A DNA stretch of 64,000 nt, taken from NCBI GenBank assembly GCA_951406725.2, contig OX597823.1, positions 69,564,001 to 69,628,000 of the forward strand, read 5' to 3'. Shown piece by piece: positions 52,439-64,000 of the stretch. The notes below the pieces were generated by a model, which was not told the origin of the DNA, did not search any database, and was given only the letters and a program-made list of their open reading frames with translations. Within the stretch, counting starts at the first letter, position 1, and each line of letters starts with the position of its first letter. This stretch comes from Octopus vulgaris. Lineage: Eukaryota. Made by a program: the position numbers and the translations under genes.

Positions 52439-52853
52439 AAAACTGCGTACGCTCAAAACAGTTACAGAATGTCATAATAAACCTTAAAATTATGGGACTA
52501 GCATTGTTGCTCAAAAATATTGGAGTCACTATATGTTGGACCTTCTGTGGTATCCTTTTATCACAAGAAATTTGTTTACTTTATCGACATCAAGTTATAT
52601 AAGAAATCGATTAAGTTAAATTATCGTGTCCTCAGTTTTAACAAAACATTTATGGATATGTACTAATGTGATATTTACGATATAATTCAATCTATGAAAG
52701 ATAATTTCGATGAACTAAAATTTTTTGTGATAGAAGAATGCCCCAGAATGTACAACATATAGTGATTCCAGTATTTTTGAGCAACTATGCTAGTCCCATA
52801 CTTTTTAAGGTTTATTATAACATTCTATAACCCTTTTGAGCATGCGCATTTTT
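52439..52853. mobile_element. Long inverted repeat (foldback/MITE-like), arms about 145 bp
   Basis: aataaaccttaaaattatgggactagcattgttgctcaaaaata versus tatttttgagcaactatgctagtcccatactttttaaggtttatt. Confidence 0.85.
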
Positions 52854-53643
52854 CAATAACATATATATATTTATGCAGGGTGCGTAAGATATCTGAGAAC
52901 AGATTTTGTTTATAAAACAACAGATATATATAATAACAGATAATAATTTTATTTATCAAAAAGTGTTATGAGGATATAAATAAACTCTCACACACACGTA
53001 TATATCTACGTATATATATGTAATTATATATATGTGTGTATTTTTGTTTGTGTGTGTGTGTGAGTGCGCATATATATATATATATAGACATAATATATAG
53101 ATACATGAATATATGTATGTATGTATATAGAATAACGTTGTTGAAAAAATGGTGCTTGCCATTTAGGAACATGCACATACCATGACATTCTTTTTACATT
53201 TATTCCATAACATTTGCGCAAACTATAAAGTGCCAAAAATTCTCGTAGGCCATCTGCGACATGATCACTGACTAGTTTCAGTACGTCTATTAAAAGCCGG
53301 TTATTAATCAGATTTTGAAAACTTTGATCTGTTTTTTCTTATATTAGATGTTTTCCATTTATTATTTACGTTCTTTTAAAAATGGAAGTTACAACTGAAT
53401 GATAACTGATATAATCGAATGCGTTTGAATACAGCGTTACGAGCCCAATATAAGTTTGTATCCAATAACTCTTGTATAAAATAAAGATGTCACAGAAACC
53501 CAGTTTGTAAAATTTTGCTTCACTCGTTAGCGATCAGCTATTAGATAATAAAGAGTGTTAGAATATCCAACACATTTTGAAGAATCCTTAAAGACAAAAC
53601 ACTTCTCAAGATATGCTTTAGTCTCACCTTCTTCCAGTAAATA

Positions 53644-54216
53644 TTGGATTATCCGGAAAGTTTGTGCCGATTTATAGTAGCTTACCTTTCGACTTATTTT
53701 AGAACATGGTTGAGTCCATAAAATAGGATTTGACTACACCTCAATTTAGAGCACAAGTTACGCTATATTTTCGTGGATGAAGGTTTATGTCCCTATAACC
53801 TATGTTAATTCTGTAACCCTTTAAAATGGAAGATAAGAAAATTCATTTTCGGCATTTGATGCTATTCTTTTACCGTAAAGGGAAAAATGCCTCACAAGCA
53901 ACGAAAGAAATATGCGCAGTTTACGGTGATGTTTCTTTATCCGAAAGAATTGTACGGAAGTGGTTCGCAAGGTTCCGAGCTGGAGATTGTAACCTCATTG
54001 ATAAAGAGCGAACGGGCAGAACATCCGCTATAGATGTTGACCAAATCAAGTCATTAATTGAGAATAATCCGCATTGCACAACCCGAGAATTGGCAGAAAG
54101 CCTCAACCTATCAAAATCCGTTGTTCATGAGCACCTGGTAAACTTGGGTAATGGCAAGTATTTATTGACCTTTTTCTTTCCTTTAGAAATCGGCACGAAC
54201 TTTCCGGACAACCCAA
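53644..54216 (+). mobile_element. Internally deleted mariner with both TIRs and TA TSD
   Basis: TA|ttggattatccggaaagtttgtgccgattt ... aaatcggcacgaactttccggacaacccaa|TA. Confidence 0.95.
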
Positions 54217-54227
54217 TATATCAGTGA
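53826..54227 (+). pseudogene. mariner transposase N-terminal bipartite HTH only (no catalytic domain)
   Basis: MEDKKIHFRHLMLFFYRKGKNAS..ICAVYG..VRKWFARFRAG..RTGR..IENNPHCTTRELAESL, open frame from ATG. Confidence 0.85.
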
Positions 54228-55966
54228 GAAGATGGACTTGGTACAGTGTCGGCCAAAATGACTCCCGCTATTTATTTATTGTTCTCTACCTGCTGAGTTT
54301 AAATTTGTCGAAGCTCACTTTATTTTCATTGATCTTTAACTTGATAAAATTAAGTACCAATCATTATATACCAGAGGTTTCTCTTATTGTTAGCTCCTCA
54401 TTCGGATACTAAACAACAGAAACAACAAAAGTATTTGTTGTTATTGATATTGTTGGTTGACCCCCAAATCATCCTTTATTAAGTATCCTTGTATTCAATG
54501 ACGTTTTCAGTAGTGACCATCATATCTCCCCCTTACTTGCAATAGTACTCCCAGAACCACATTATTTGTCTCCTTTATATGCATGATAGCATGGTGTAGT
54601 TTAAGTGAGATTTTACTATATGTCACAATACATAAAACATTTTGAACAATCTTTAAAAACAAAACACTTGTCAAGTTATGCTGTTGAAAATTTTCCAAGC
54701 TTCTCAGTGAATTAGAATCTATGAAAGATTTTGCGAATGTGTCATCCTGCATCTCGAATTGGCAGTTATGCAAGCTGTTAATAACTTACGACCATTCAAC
54801 TAGATTAACCTAGATGGTGCAAATCAATTGATATTATACTTGATGTCAGCAAAGATTTCAACTAACCAACATAATAACAATAAAATTTCTCAACACTCTT
54901 TAGACCATTGCAGCGTCAAGTGGAATCACTCGTTAAGCTACTATGATATAGTCAAAGAACTTCCAATCGTTTTTGTTTTCCACTTTTATTCAAGACTTTG
55001 CAGCAACATGAGCGTCCTTGTTTAAGATAGAAAATAGTTGCTTTGAAGAACAGTACTCTGCTTCTTTTTGCAGGTCTTGCGACCGTGTAAATTCTCTCTT
55101 GTTATTACTGCTGGAGCTAGTAGTGGTGTTATTAGTGGTTTTTAGCTTAATGATAAGCTGACATTTCCGCAATTCCCTCGTTTTTATTCAGTAATAGTAT
55201 ATCTAGGAGTACATTATCAATGCACACATTTTTGAAGGAAGTCGCATAGGATTTAAGAGACATTTGGCTGATGTTTCTAGCATTGTAGTCGTAACAATCC
55301 TTTCTTTTCTATTTCAGGGAAAATGCTATCTAATGTACTCTTTTTTTATATACGTTACTAGGTGTGAATTAGAAAAGAATTGTTATAATTTTTACCAGAT
55401 CAAGCGACCACGTTGAAGTATTTTGGAGCATGTTAGATTAAAGTGAAAGCAGCAGTATAACGGGGGAATATTTCAGGAATAGAAGCGGCTATGTATATGA
55501 AAATATTGTATATCTGTGCGGAGCTTTAAGAGAATGCAAAGCTTTGCATCATAATATTCAAATTCAAGAAATTCAAGGGCAATTTTAAAATGTGTATGGT
55601 TAACATCGTATTAAACAATCTGTGTGGGGATGTATTTGAAGTTTCAGGAAGTAATTAATTCGTTATGGTTCGTGGAGACAGAGAGGTCGACATATTACAT
55701 AAAGCTAACCGAAACACGGAAAGTGAATTACGGGCAAGGATTGCTAGATTTGATGATGCTGATAATGGTATCAAGTCGGCATTCAACGTATTATCCGTAG
55801 ATTTCAATTATAACCTTTGCCAGATATTCGAAAATATGTTTTCAAACTATAGTAGGCTGATGTACCTTGGGTTAAATTTTTTTCCGTAACTGCTTCATTT
55901 AGTTTTTAATAAATAAAACAACACCGGAAGGAGAAAGTGTTTAGTGTGAGCCCTAATTGGATTTAA

Positions 55967-56186
55967 CCCATTAATACATAACGTTCAGAAAAATGGACGC
56001 AGGAAACATTACTATTGCTCGTTAAGTAACTACCTATTGAGCTTATTTTTGGTATAGTCTGCCTCTAAACTAGTGCTCTATGAGTGAGCAAGTACTGCAT
56101 ACAAACAAACCAACTATACACACGTACGAAACAAGTAAATACTAATTTTCCTGCATCCATTTTTCTGGACGCTACGTATTAATGGG
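55967..56186. mobile_element. piggyBac-type MITE, 220 bp
   Basis: TTAA|cccattaatacataacgttcagaaaaatggacgcaggaaa ... tttcctgcatccatttttctggacgctacgtattaatggg|TTAA: about 40-bp TIRs, CCC/GGG ends and TTAA TSD. Confidence 0.92.
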
Positions 56187-56464
56187 TTAAAGGAGGAATG
56201 TAATGATAATGGATTTGAGTATCGAAATGGACAAAGTACTAAGGTAAGCTAGGCATTCGCGTTTAGTCACAGTATAGAAGGATTTTATATCGATGGCAAA
56301 TGATGGGCGAGGCGACCTGGACTTAAGTAAGAAGAATTAATATAGGGTAAACCATGGTTGGTATCTTTCTGCAACGTCCATACTGCTAGAAATGATACAT
56401 TGCTCGAGGCTTGTTTATACGTAGGTATTATGATGAGGTTTGTTTAGGCAGTTATCTTGCACTT

Positions 56465-56855
56465 ATCTGGCAGAATCTTTAGAACGCCAGAAAAAAATGC
56501 TTCGCGGCTTTTCGACCGTCTTTAATTTCTGAGTTCAAAATCCTCCGGGGTTGACTTTGCCTTTCATCCTTTTGGAGTTGAATAAATGAGTACCAGTTGA
56601 ACACTGGGGTCAATGCAATCGATTTTACCATTCTCCTGAAATTGCTGGTCTTTGCCTAAATTTGAAACCATTATGACGAGGTTTGTTAGGCAGCTAGAGA
56701 GAAGAATCGTTAGCACGGCTTTAGTTCAAATTCCGCCAGGTCGACTTTGCCTTTCGGTATCGATGTAATAAGTATCAGCCGAACACTGGGGTCATTGTAA
56801 CCGACTAAGCCCCTCCCTAAACATTTTAGGTCTTGTACCTACAGTAGAAAATATT
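56465..56855 (+). mobile_element. Two tandem SINE family A copies (tails 3 and 2)
   Basis: gactttgcctttc core occurs twice with different tails. Confidence 0.85.
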
Positions 56856-58014
56856 ATGACGAGGGTTGTAGCAATAATTGAGAGATACTCTTTGAAAACG
56901 ATTGTATTTTATATTCGTATATCACGATGTTTGTTAAATGAAATCATCCCTGAAAAAAAATCTTTATTTGCATTTAAATTATAATTATCAAAATTCCTTC
57001 TCAATTCTTTTGTGAGAGTTCTAACAAAATTCAACGGAATAGCAGGTGTTCGTTTCAAAATCGGTTTTTTTTTTTGTTATTTACTTGATACAAACAGATC
57101 TCGGCATAGAAATGTAGAAGCATAGGAAATGAGCTGACTCGAGTTATAATGGTGTAGATGCTGTTTTCTTGTGGGAATTCTGTATATACTTTTATGACAT
57201 ATTATATTTTGTTTGGAAGCTAGTAGTGTTATTGTTTAAAGTATCGGGTTTAACGGACTAGATTCTCTCATTGATTGCCTGGCAAAGTATTTTATAGTAT
57301 AGAAAAAGATTATTCAAACTCGAAGTTAATAGAATTTTGCAGTTTGCACCTGAAAGCTTTTAACTCAGGAAAACAACTTGAAAACTTAATTGTAAGATGG
57401 AATCTAAACATTGAATTACTCTTAACAGAGACACTTAATTTTACTTCTAAAATCTGGATAATTTTAGTTCCAGTGTAAGATACTTTTAAAACACAGTAGA
57501 TGATTATTAAAGTTATCTGTTTCCAGCTGAGACAGAGTCATTTATAGAAATTTTTTACAAAGTTTCTTGGCAAAATACATTTCGTTGGACACAATATCGC
57601 TACATTACTGACAGATAATAGTGAAGGTTGATGTGAGGATTTTCAAACACTTCTTGGCATATTATCAAGGCAATTAACTTTTATCAATACCTTCACAGAA
57701 TGCAAGAACATGGTAAAGTTTAATGTTCTTGATCCAACTTATTTTCTTATACGGTGAGATATTCATATTACACCTGAATTCAATAGTTAAACCTAGCTGT
57801 GATTTCCTGGTAGGATGTTAAGAATGTTAAGAATATTAATAAAATCTTGATATGATGATAAAATACTCTTCCATAATAAAAAGTTGTTTTGCTTATATCC
57901 ATGAATATATGCATAAACCCTAAAACTGAGATTTTCTATTTCTTTCAAGGTATCTATTTAAACAAATATGTTTATGAATTTATGCAAACACACGCACAAA
58001 CACACACACCTATA

Positions 58015-58400
58015 GGCGCAGGAGCAGCGCCTATAGGTGGTAAATAGCTTGCTTACCTACCACATGGTCCCAAGTTCAGTCCCACTGCGTGGAAACTTCG
58101 GCAAGTGTCTTCTACTGTATCCTCGGGCCGACCAAATACTTTTGAGTGGATTTGGTAGATGGAAACTGTAAGAAGCCCGTCGTATATGTGTGTGTGTCTT
58201 TGTCCCCATAACATCGCTTAACAAGCGATGATGGTGTGTTTACATCCCCGTAACTTAGCGGTTCGGTAAAAGAAACCGATAGAATAAGTACTTGGCTTAC
58301 AAAGAATAAGTCCTGGGGTCGATTTGTTCGAATAAAGGCGGTGCTTTAGCATGGCCGCAGTCAAATGACTGAAATAGGTAAAAGAATAAAAGAATAGGAG
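58015..58400 (+). mobile_element. SINE family B, near full length
   Basis: ggcgcaggag...gttcagtcccactgcgtgg...ggcaagtgtcttctact (CORE-like segment)...ggcggtgctttagcatggccgcagtcaaatgactgaaa plus A-rich tail. Confidence 0.95.
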
Positions 58401-58650
58401 AATATATATGCATGTATGTATGTATGTATGTATGTATGTATGTATGTATGTATGTATGTATGTATATACACGCATGCATACACGTACAAATAGGTGTGCG
58501 TAAGTATACATGTATGAATATGTATGGGCATATGTATATATATGTGTGTTTACATTTGTGTGTATATATGTGTGTTTGTGTGATTGCGTGCGTGCGTGTG
58601 TGTGTATATATGTGTGCGTGAGTGTGCGCGCGTGTGTTTGTGTGTGTGTA

Positions 58651-58710
<60 letters not shown>

Positions 58711-58752
58711 TGTGTGAGAAGTATGACATGCTTATATATATTCTCAATACCT

Positions 58753-58903
58753 CAAACTCCACCGATGTCGACTTTGCCTTTCATCCTTTCGGGGTCGATA
58801 AATAAAGTACCAGTTTCGCACTGGGGTGGATGTAATCGACTTAATCCTTTTGTCTGTCTTTGTTTGTCCCCTCTATGTTTAGCCTCTTGTGGGTAGTAAA
58901 GAA
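58753..58903 (+). mobile_element. 5'-truncated SINE family A with 19-bp TSD
   Basis: atatatattctcaatacct at 58734-58752 and 58904-58922. Confidence 0.92.
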
Positions 58904-59499
58904 ATATATATTCTCAATACCTACCGGCAGATTCGAGCGCAAATATTTGCTACTGTATACCTCACATGAAGCATCTTTCCGACGACAGTGTTCTTAAGTC
59001 ACTTGATCCACTGGTGTAAGTAATTCTGTGATACTGGTGTCTCGATGTGTTGTGTCTCCTAAACCACAAATATACGGATCTTTTAATCTAAACAAGAGCC
59101 GGTAACCATGCTTATAGTTTCAGTGAACTCTTCGTTCACTGATTCGTGCTGATATTCACCGACCGATAATATGTATTTTATTCGCTCAGTAAACGGTTCT
59201 TGTTCATAGTCAAACGTCTGGTACTTCTGACTGATGACTATTAAGTTGCTCAACCATCTCAATGCTTCATGGTTGGCTCACAATGGTGTATTTAAGATAT
59301 TATCATAGAACAAATATAACGTTTATTTCCATTTTTTCGTAATTAATGTTCTAAAATATGATTAAATAGTAAATGTGTGAGCATGAGTGCACATGTGTGT
59401 ATATGTAGGGTGTGTGAACTTAAATAAACTTTGATATATTTTGTTCTTTGTTGGCTTACACCATATCAAACACTTAATATGACTGCTTAGTAAGCTTCT

Positions 59500-61500
59500 T
59501 TAAGTCATGGTAATGTCATGTTTTGTGTAACTGTACCTCACTCAACTAGAGAGTGGTTGACCGAGACGAATCTTGGTTTTGGTAGTTTGTCTCGTATTCC
59601 TTGGAAAAATTTGTTTGAAATTGTTCAGATATTGTTTGAAAGTTATGTTTTTCTTTTTACCAGGTTTGTTTCGGGATGACATTTTTTAAAAAAAGCAGCG
59701 TAGGTTAAGGCAAAGTAGTTGTATTGTAATGTTTTTATGTGTTGTCAGATTGATTAGCGCAAGATGCGCATGATTCGGTGTTCCTAGTTTGGATGGATTT
59801 TAAACTTGATGCTAATATCGTTTAGGCAACGTTTTTATTATATTTTTATACTATGCTGTTGATGTAACGCTCACGGCGGTGCGGAAGGATTAGAATCTGA
59901 ACGTTTCAAGGTGATCCCAATAATCAAGGCCCGTCATACCATTGTTTTTCTATAGATGTTTTGGAGTGGTTCAATTCTCATTAGGTTTTGTTTAGTATTA
60001 GGAACCCATTGGGTTAACATTATTCTAGATGTGATCATACAAAGGAAAGAAGGGAAGGATGGCGGCATCTATATCTCTGAACAGTAAAGTTTAGATATGC
60101 AGGAGTGCATTCGACGAATCACATCACGTATGCTACTGATGCGGAGACTCAAACTAAGCTTATCGCCAACAATTGCTCCTGGAGCTCTGGTATTGTTAGA
60201 TACTACAAATGCTTCACTCGAGGGAAGAGTCAATGGTCGTTTGCTCAAGTGAACTTTATACAAAAGTCGTGAGTTCAAAGTTTTCCCTAGTTTATCAAAA
60301 TATTGCTTTTCAAACTAGAGTTTTATTCGATCATCTCCTTCGATAAATGTTTGAAATATTTTTAAAATATTTACATTTCGCAATGTTTTATGATATCTGT
60401 GATGCTATCTGTGGTTACAAAGAATTCTAAATGCCAATAGTAACTTTAGCTAGACTTGAATGCATTCTATTGAATGTATTTTATTAAATTCTGCTTATCA
60501 CAAAATTTTCATTCCAGCAAGGCAGCTTTCCACGAACTCCAGTGTTAAACAATTTCGACAGAAGAATATGGAAGGGCTAACTGAAGTCATGATATTTTAT
60601 GTCCGCGTTTCTCCTTTCTCCTAAACCTTTTAAAATGTCAAAAAAGTGATGTAAAGCAGCATCAGCCACAACGAACGGTATGTTTGTTGTAAATTGAGAT
60701 TGCTGCTCACCAGGAGGTTATTTGTTCTTCCCTTCATTATTCTTTCGAATATTTTGATGATATGAAACGTAAGACTCAGACGATATATTGGGATAGGAAG
60801 TGTTTCAGTAAATAGTTATGTCTACTGACCTCAACAACAGGTTATTTAGAGGAGATGCAACATGGTGTCGGTATGCTAGAAGAAAACTATCGGTGGCTGT
60901 TGCAAAGTAATATTTAATATCATTTATTGGTTTGATGAGATCTGGGATAACAAAGCTTATTTATATTGGTGATGATATGTCGCGGGAGGATTTCACTGAC
61001 ACGGCTGAAGTCAATCTCAGTGAAAGCACTGAAGATAGAACAATATTGTCTCAGCAAAATCTGTGTCATTTCCTTGGCAACGTTTTAGAAAATGCTGTTA
61101 TCATTGATCAGTGGAGCAATGGGTGAAACAGCCGCTCTCGTAGATTTTGGCAAATGAGTAAAAAGCATTTGAGAGATGTTGGGTTTTCTTATAGACCAAG
61201 TCCTTCTCTGTAGCCATTTGATTTTTGGTGTGAGTTTTCATGTTGTTATGCAGCCGATATATTTGTGACAGTTTTTTGTTGCAGACAATTGCAGGTGTCG
61301 CTTCTTGAGGAGTTTTAGTTCATAATTTTTTTCATCAATCTTTTAAGTTTCTTGGTGAAAACTATTTTCTCTCACGGTAGCCTATGCTTACTTTTTAAAA
61401 TATACCTCCATGTGTTAACATTTACCTCCTTGCGACAATGTAAACTTTCCTTTAATCAAGATATTCTTGGCCTGAAGAGTAACCTGCGATATACACCTCG
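59500..61500 (-). mobile_element. Ancient CR1-like LINE RT remnant
   Basis: Fragments in order: FHIIKIFERIMK; ADIKYHDFS; LSKLFNTGVRGKLPCW..FVISR; GMTGLDYWDHL...(H)RRERY. Boundaries are uncertain. Confidence 0.65.
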
Positions 61501-61693
61501 GTTGTACGCCATTCCTTAACTTTTATATATGTGTGGGGGGAGGTGGTGTCTGTGTTTGTATGTGTGTGCGTAATGTGCATGTATGTATGTATGTATGTAT
61601 AGATGGATGGATGGATGGATGGATGGATGGATGGAGGAAGGGAGGGAGGGAGGGAGGGATGGATGTATGTGTGCGTCTATGAGTGAATGATTA

Positions 61694-61733
61694 AGATTAT
61701 TGTGTCTTATATCAGATTATTGTGTCTTATATC
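61694..61733. repeat. Exact 20-bp tandem duplication
   Basis: agattattgtgtcttatatc occurs twice in tandem. Confidence 0.95.
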
Positions 61734-61967
61734 AAACTTACTATTACATTCTTTTATAGTTGTTAAACTATTTTGTTTATATCATCATTATTTCAAAATC
61801 ATTTTTATGATTTTTCTTTTTAGTAATAGAGGATGAAAGAATTTGAAATTGGTTTCTTCCGGATACTTTCATTTGAATCGAATTTCCCACTCTTATATTG
61901 ACTTTTCTATCGCATATTTATGACTGCCCTTTTACCTTGTCAGATAATTTATTATATTAACAATATA

Positions 61968-62064
61968 TCGTGAAGTTTATTTGCCATTTGAATATGGCTA
62001 ACCCCTAAGGGTGGATGCTACTGTAGCTTGTAGCCCCAGGAGGACATCTCGCTCAGAGATTTAT
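61968..62064. mobile_element. 97-bp inverted-junction insertion of the 17807 family, with 13-bp TSD
   Basis: 61969-62049 matches 17822-17902, and 62048-62068 matches the reverse complement of about 18134-18154. tattaacaatata at 61955-61967 and 62065-62077. Confidence 0.9.
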
Positions 62065-64000
62065 TATTAACAATATAGTAATAAAAGATTCGTGGCAGGG
62101 ATCGAACTAACTCCATTGCCTTTCAAATCCAATCTATTTGCTCTGTCTCATCCAGTGATCAATTAGAATGATTGCCGTTATTTCATATGGAAAATTTGTT
62201 TTACAGATGACACACAGTTGCATATACACCGAAAGATATACACATCATCATACAATCACACAGTTCTGTTTATACAAAGAAATAAAACAGTGGTATGTAA
62301 CAATCACAAATAAGTATATAGATATACACAAACAGATAAACGGATAGATATCACATTTCCTAGAACATATTAAGACACGCAGATTCATAAAGTAATATAC
62401 AGATGCGCACTCACTTACGTACACACACAATAATACACACATGCGACCAAGTGTCTGTAAAGGTATATACACAAACATGTAGAGAAAATACAAAGAACTA
62501 TGTTCAATGAAGAACTTGTAATGTCCAATGTAAAGACTAATTGACAAACTCTGCTTTCTTCCCAATTTATACCAATTATTTAATTGAAGTAGAATCTTTT
62601 AGATGATCTCTTAAGGATTATGAAATTTATTTTACTCCAGTATTTAAGATCTAACCATGCTTTCTTTTCTTTGAAGTCATGTAAGCATTCATAAAATATT
62701 GTTTCTTGTACTAAATATTTTAAAGTTGGACGCAAATAGAAAAAAGAACTTGTAGAATATCAATCAAATTAATAGAGATTGAATTTTCTCTTTCATCAGT
62801 TAAACCAGATAAAACCAAAGGTATAACACAGAGATAACAGAGATAACGTGGTTACAAATGCGATATTCAACTCACGAAACACCTGAGCGTTAGCACAATT
62901 ACAGAATTTACGTATTTTCTTTGAGAAATAATTTGATAGTGGTTTTACATTAAGAAAATTTCACAATTCATTTGTCACTATTTCTTCCTTCTGTCACAAT
63001 AATCGAATACTTTTGAACAACAGTAATTGAGAGGCGCCAAACTAGATGACTTGTCTTGTAGTATCTATAACTTTATATAATGCTAGTGATAAGTTTCGTT
63101 TTATTTTTCCCAGGCTTCTAAATAAGTCGCGATCATAAATCTGACTATTTATGTTCAGCAATGTACGAAGTTATATAAAACTTATGTTAATATGCATTGT
63201 TATCTCCTTCTCAAAATATACTATTTCACAAAATCCCTCCAAATGTGAAAATTTAGATTTTCATTTGAACTTTTCGGAATTAAACCTATTTCCAGCAACA
63301 TCTCCGATTTTAAAATATTGTTCATCGCAAACAGGATTGCAATAAAATAGATTCAAATTGTAAACAGAATTCTAATGGAACTGGATACATGAGATATTGT
63401 TCTTAACTCATTACATTTCCTATTCATACTGTTCAGTGTATCCTGTTTACATAAACCAGCAGGAGAGAACTGGCTATTTGTAGTATCAATTTTCCAGTCT
63501 TTTATTACATTTAATGACTTCTATAATCTCAAAACCAGTATATTAGTGATACTGAATATTATATGTCGAACTATAATTTTCATATTTATAAGTACGCAAT
63601 AGGATCCATTTGTAAATATACTTCGAAACTTTAAACGGAACATTAGATAAGCGAGCTTTATCAAACGTTGCAAATATTACTCGTCGCACATATTATTGTC
63701 TAGAAGTGTAGGCGTGCTTATGCATTTTAAGAATTCACTTTATCAACTACCATGTTTTAAGTTCTCTTCGACAGCACTGAACCCTGGCCAAGTATTCTCT
63801 GTCTTAGCTTTGAGGCAGCCAAAACCATGTGAAAACGACGAACGTGAAGAAACAATATGTTCCAGGATCATCGGCTGCAAACTGTTAGTGTAATGTACTG
63901 TTGCCAATTATTAACCATTGCCTTTACAAAAGTGTCTAATTGTGGCGAACCAGAACAATGATTGAGGTGGCTGTTATGAAGATCTAACAATACAGCGACG

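Noticed and set aside
55665-55889. 74-aa ORF with ordinary amino-acid composition
   Set aside because: No recognisable domain or convincing splice sites.
60069-60278. 69-aa ORF as a host exon
   Set aside because: Lies within the decayed CR1-like remnant.

Overview
Very AT-rich, microsatellite-dense eukaryotic DNA, intronic or intergenic in character. The SINE families resemble those I associate with octopus/cephalopod genomes, but that taxon call is from recall and was not checked. No convincing host protein-coding exon was found, and most of the ORF track is translated microsatellite. The window contains three tRNA-derived-looking SINE families and decayed LINEs (RTE, Hero/NeSL-like, R4/Dong-like, CR1). 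It also has DNA transposons (Tc1, several mariners, a piggyBac-type TTAA MITE, a non-autonomous Helitron, a foldback element) and at least five Penelope-like element (PLE) remnants with GIY-YIG or RT coding traces. The main signal is a set of type I hammerhead ribozyme (HHR) motifs in PLE-like and short non-coding elements. One is canonical (23624-23711), and its cleavage site coincides with the breakpoint of the element's 5' inverted repeat. One lies in a 357-bp non-coding retrozyme-like unit. Three motifs in apparently unrelated elements share a non-canonical core in which the C3-G8 pair is swapped to U3-A8. A SINE/LINE partner pair is also visible from a shared 3' stem-loop tail. All alignments and folds were done by eye and boundaries are approximate.
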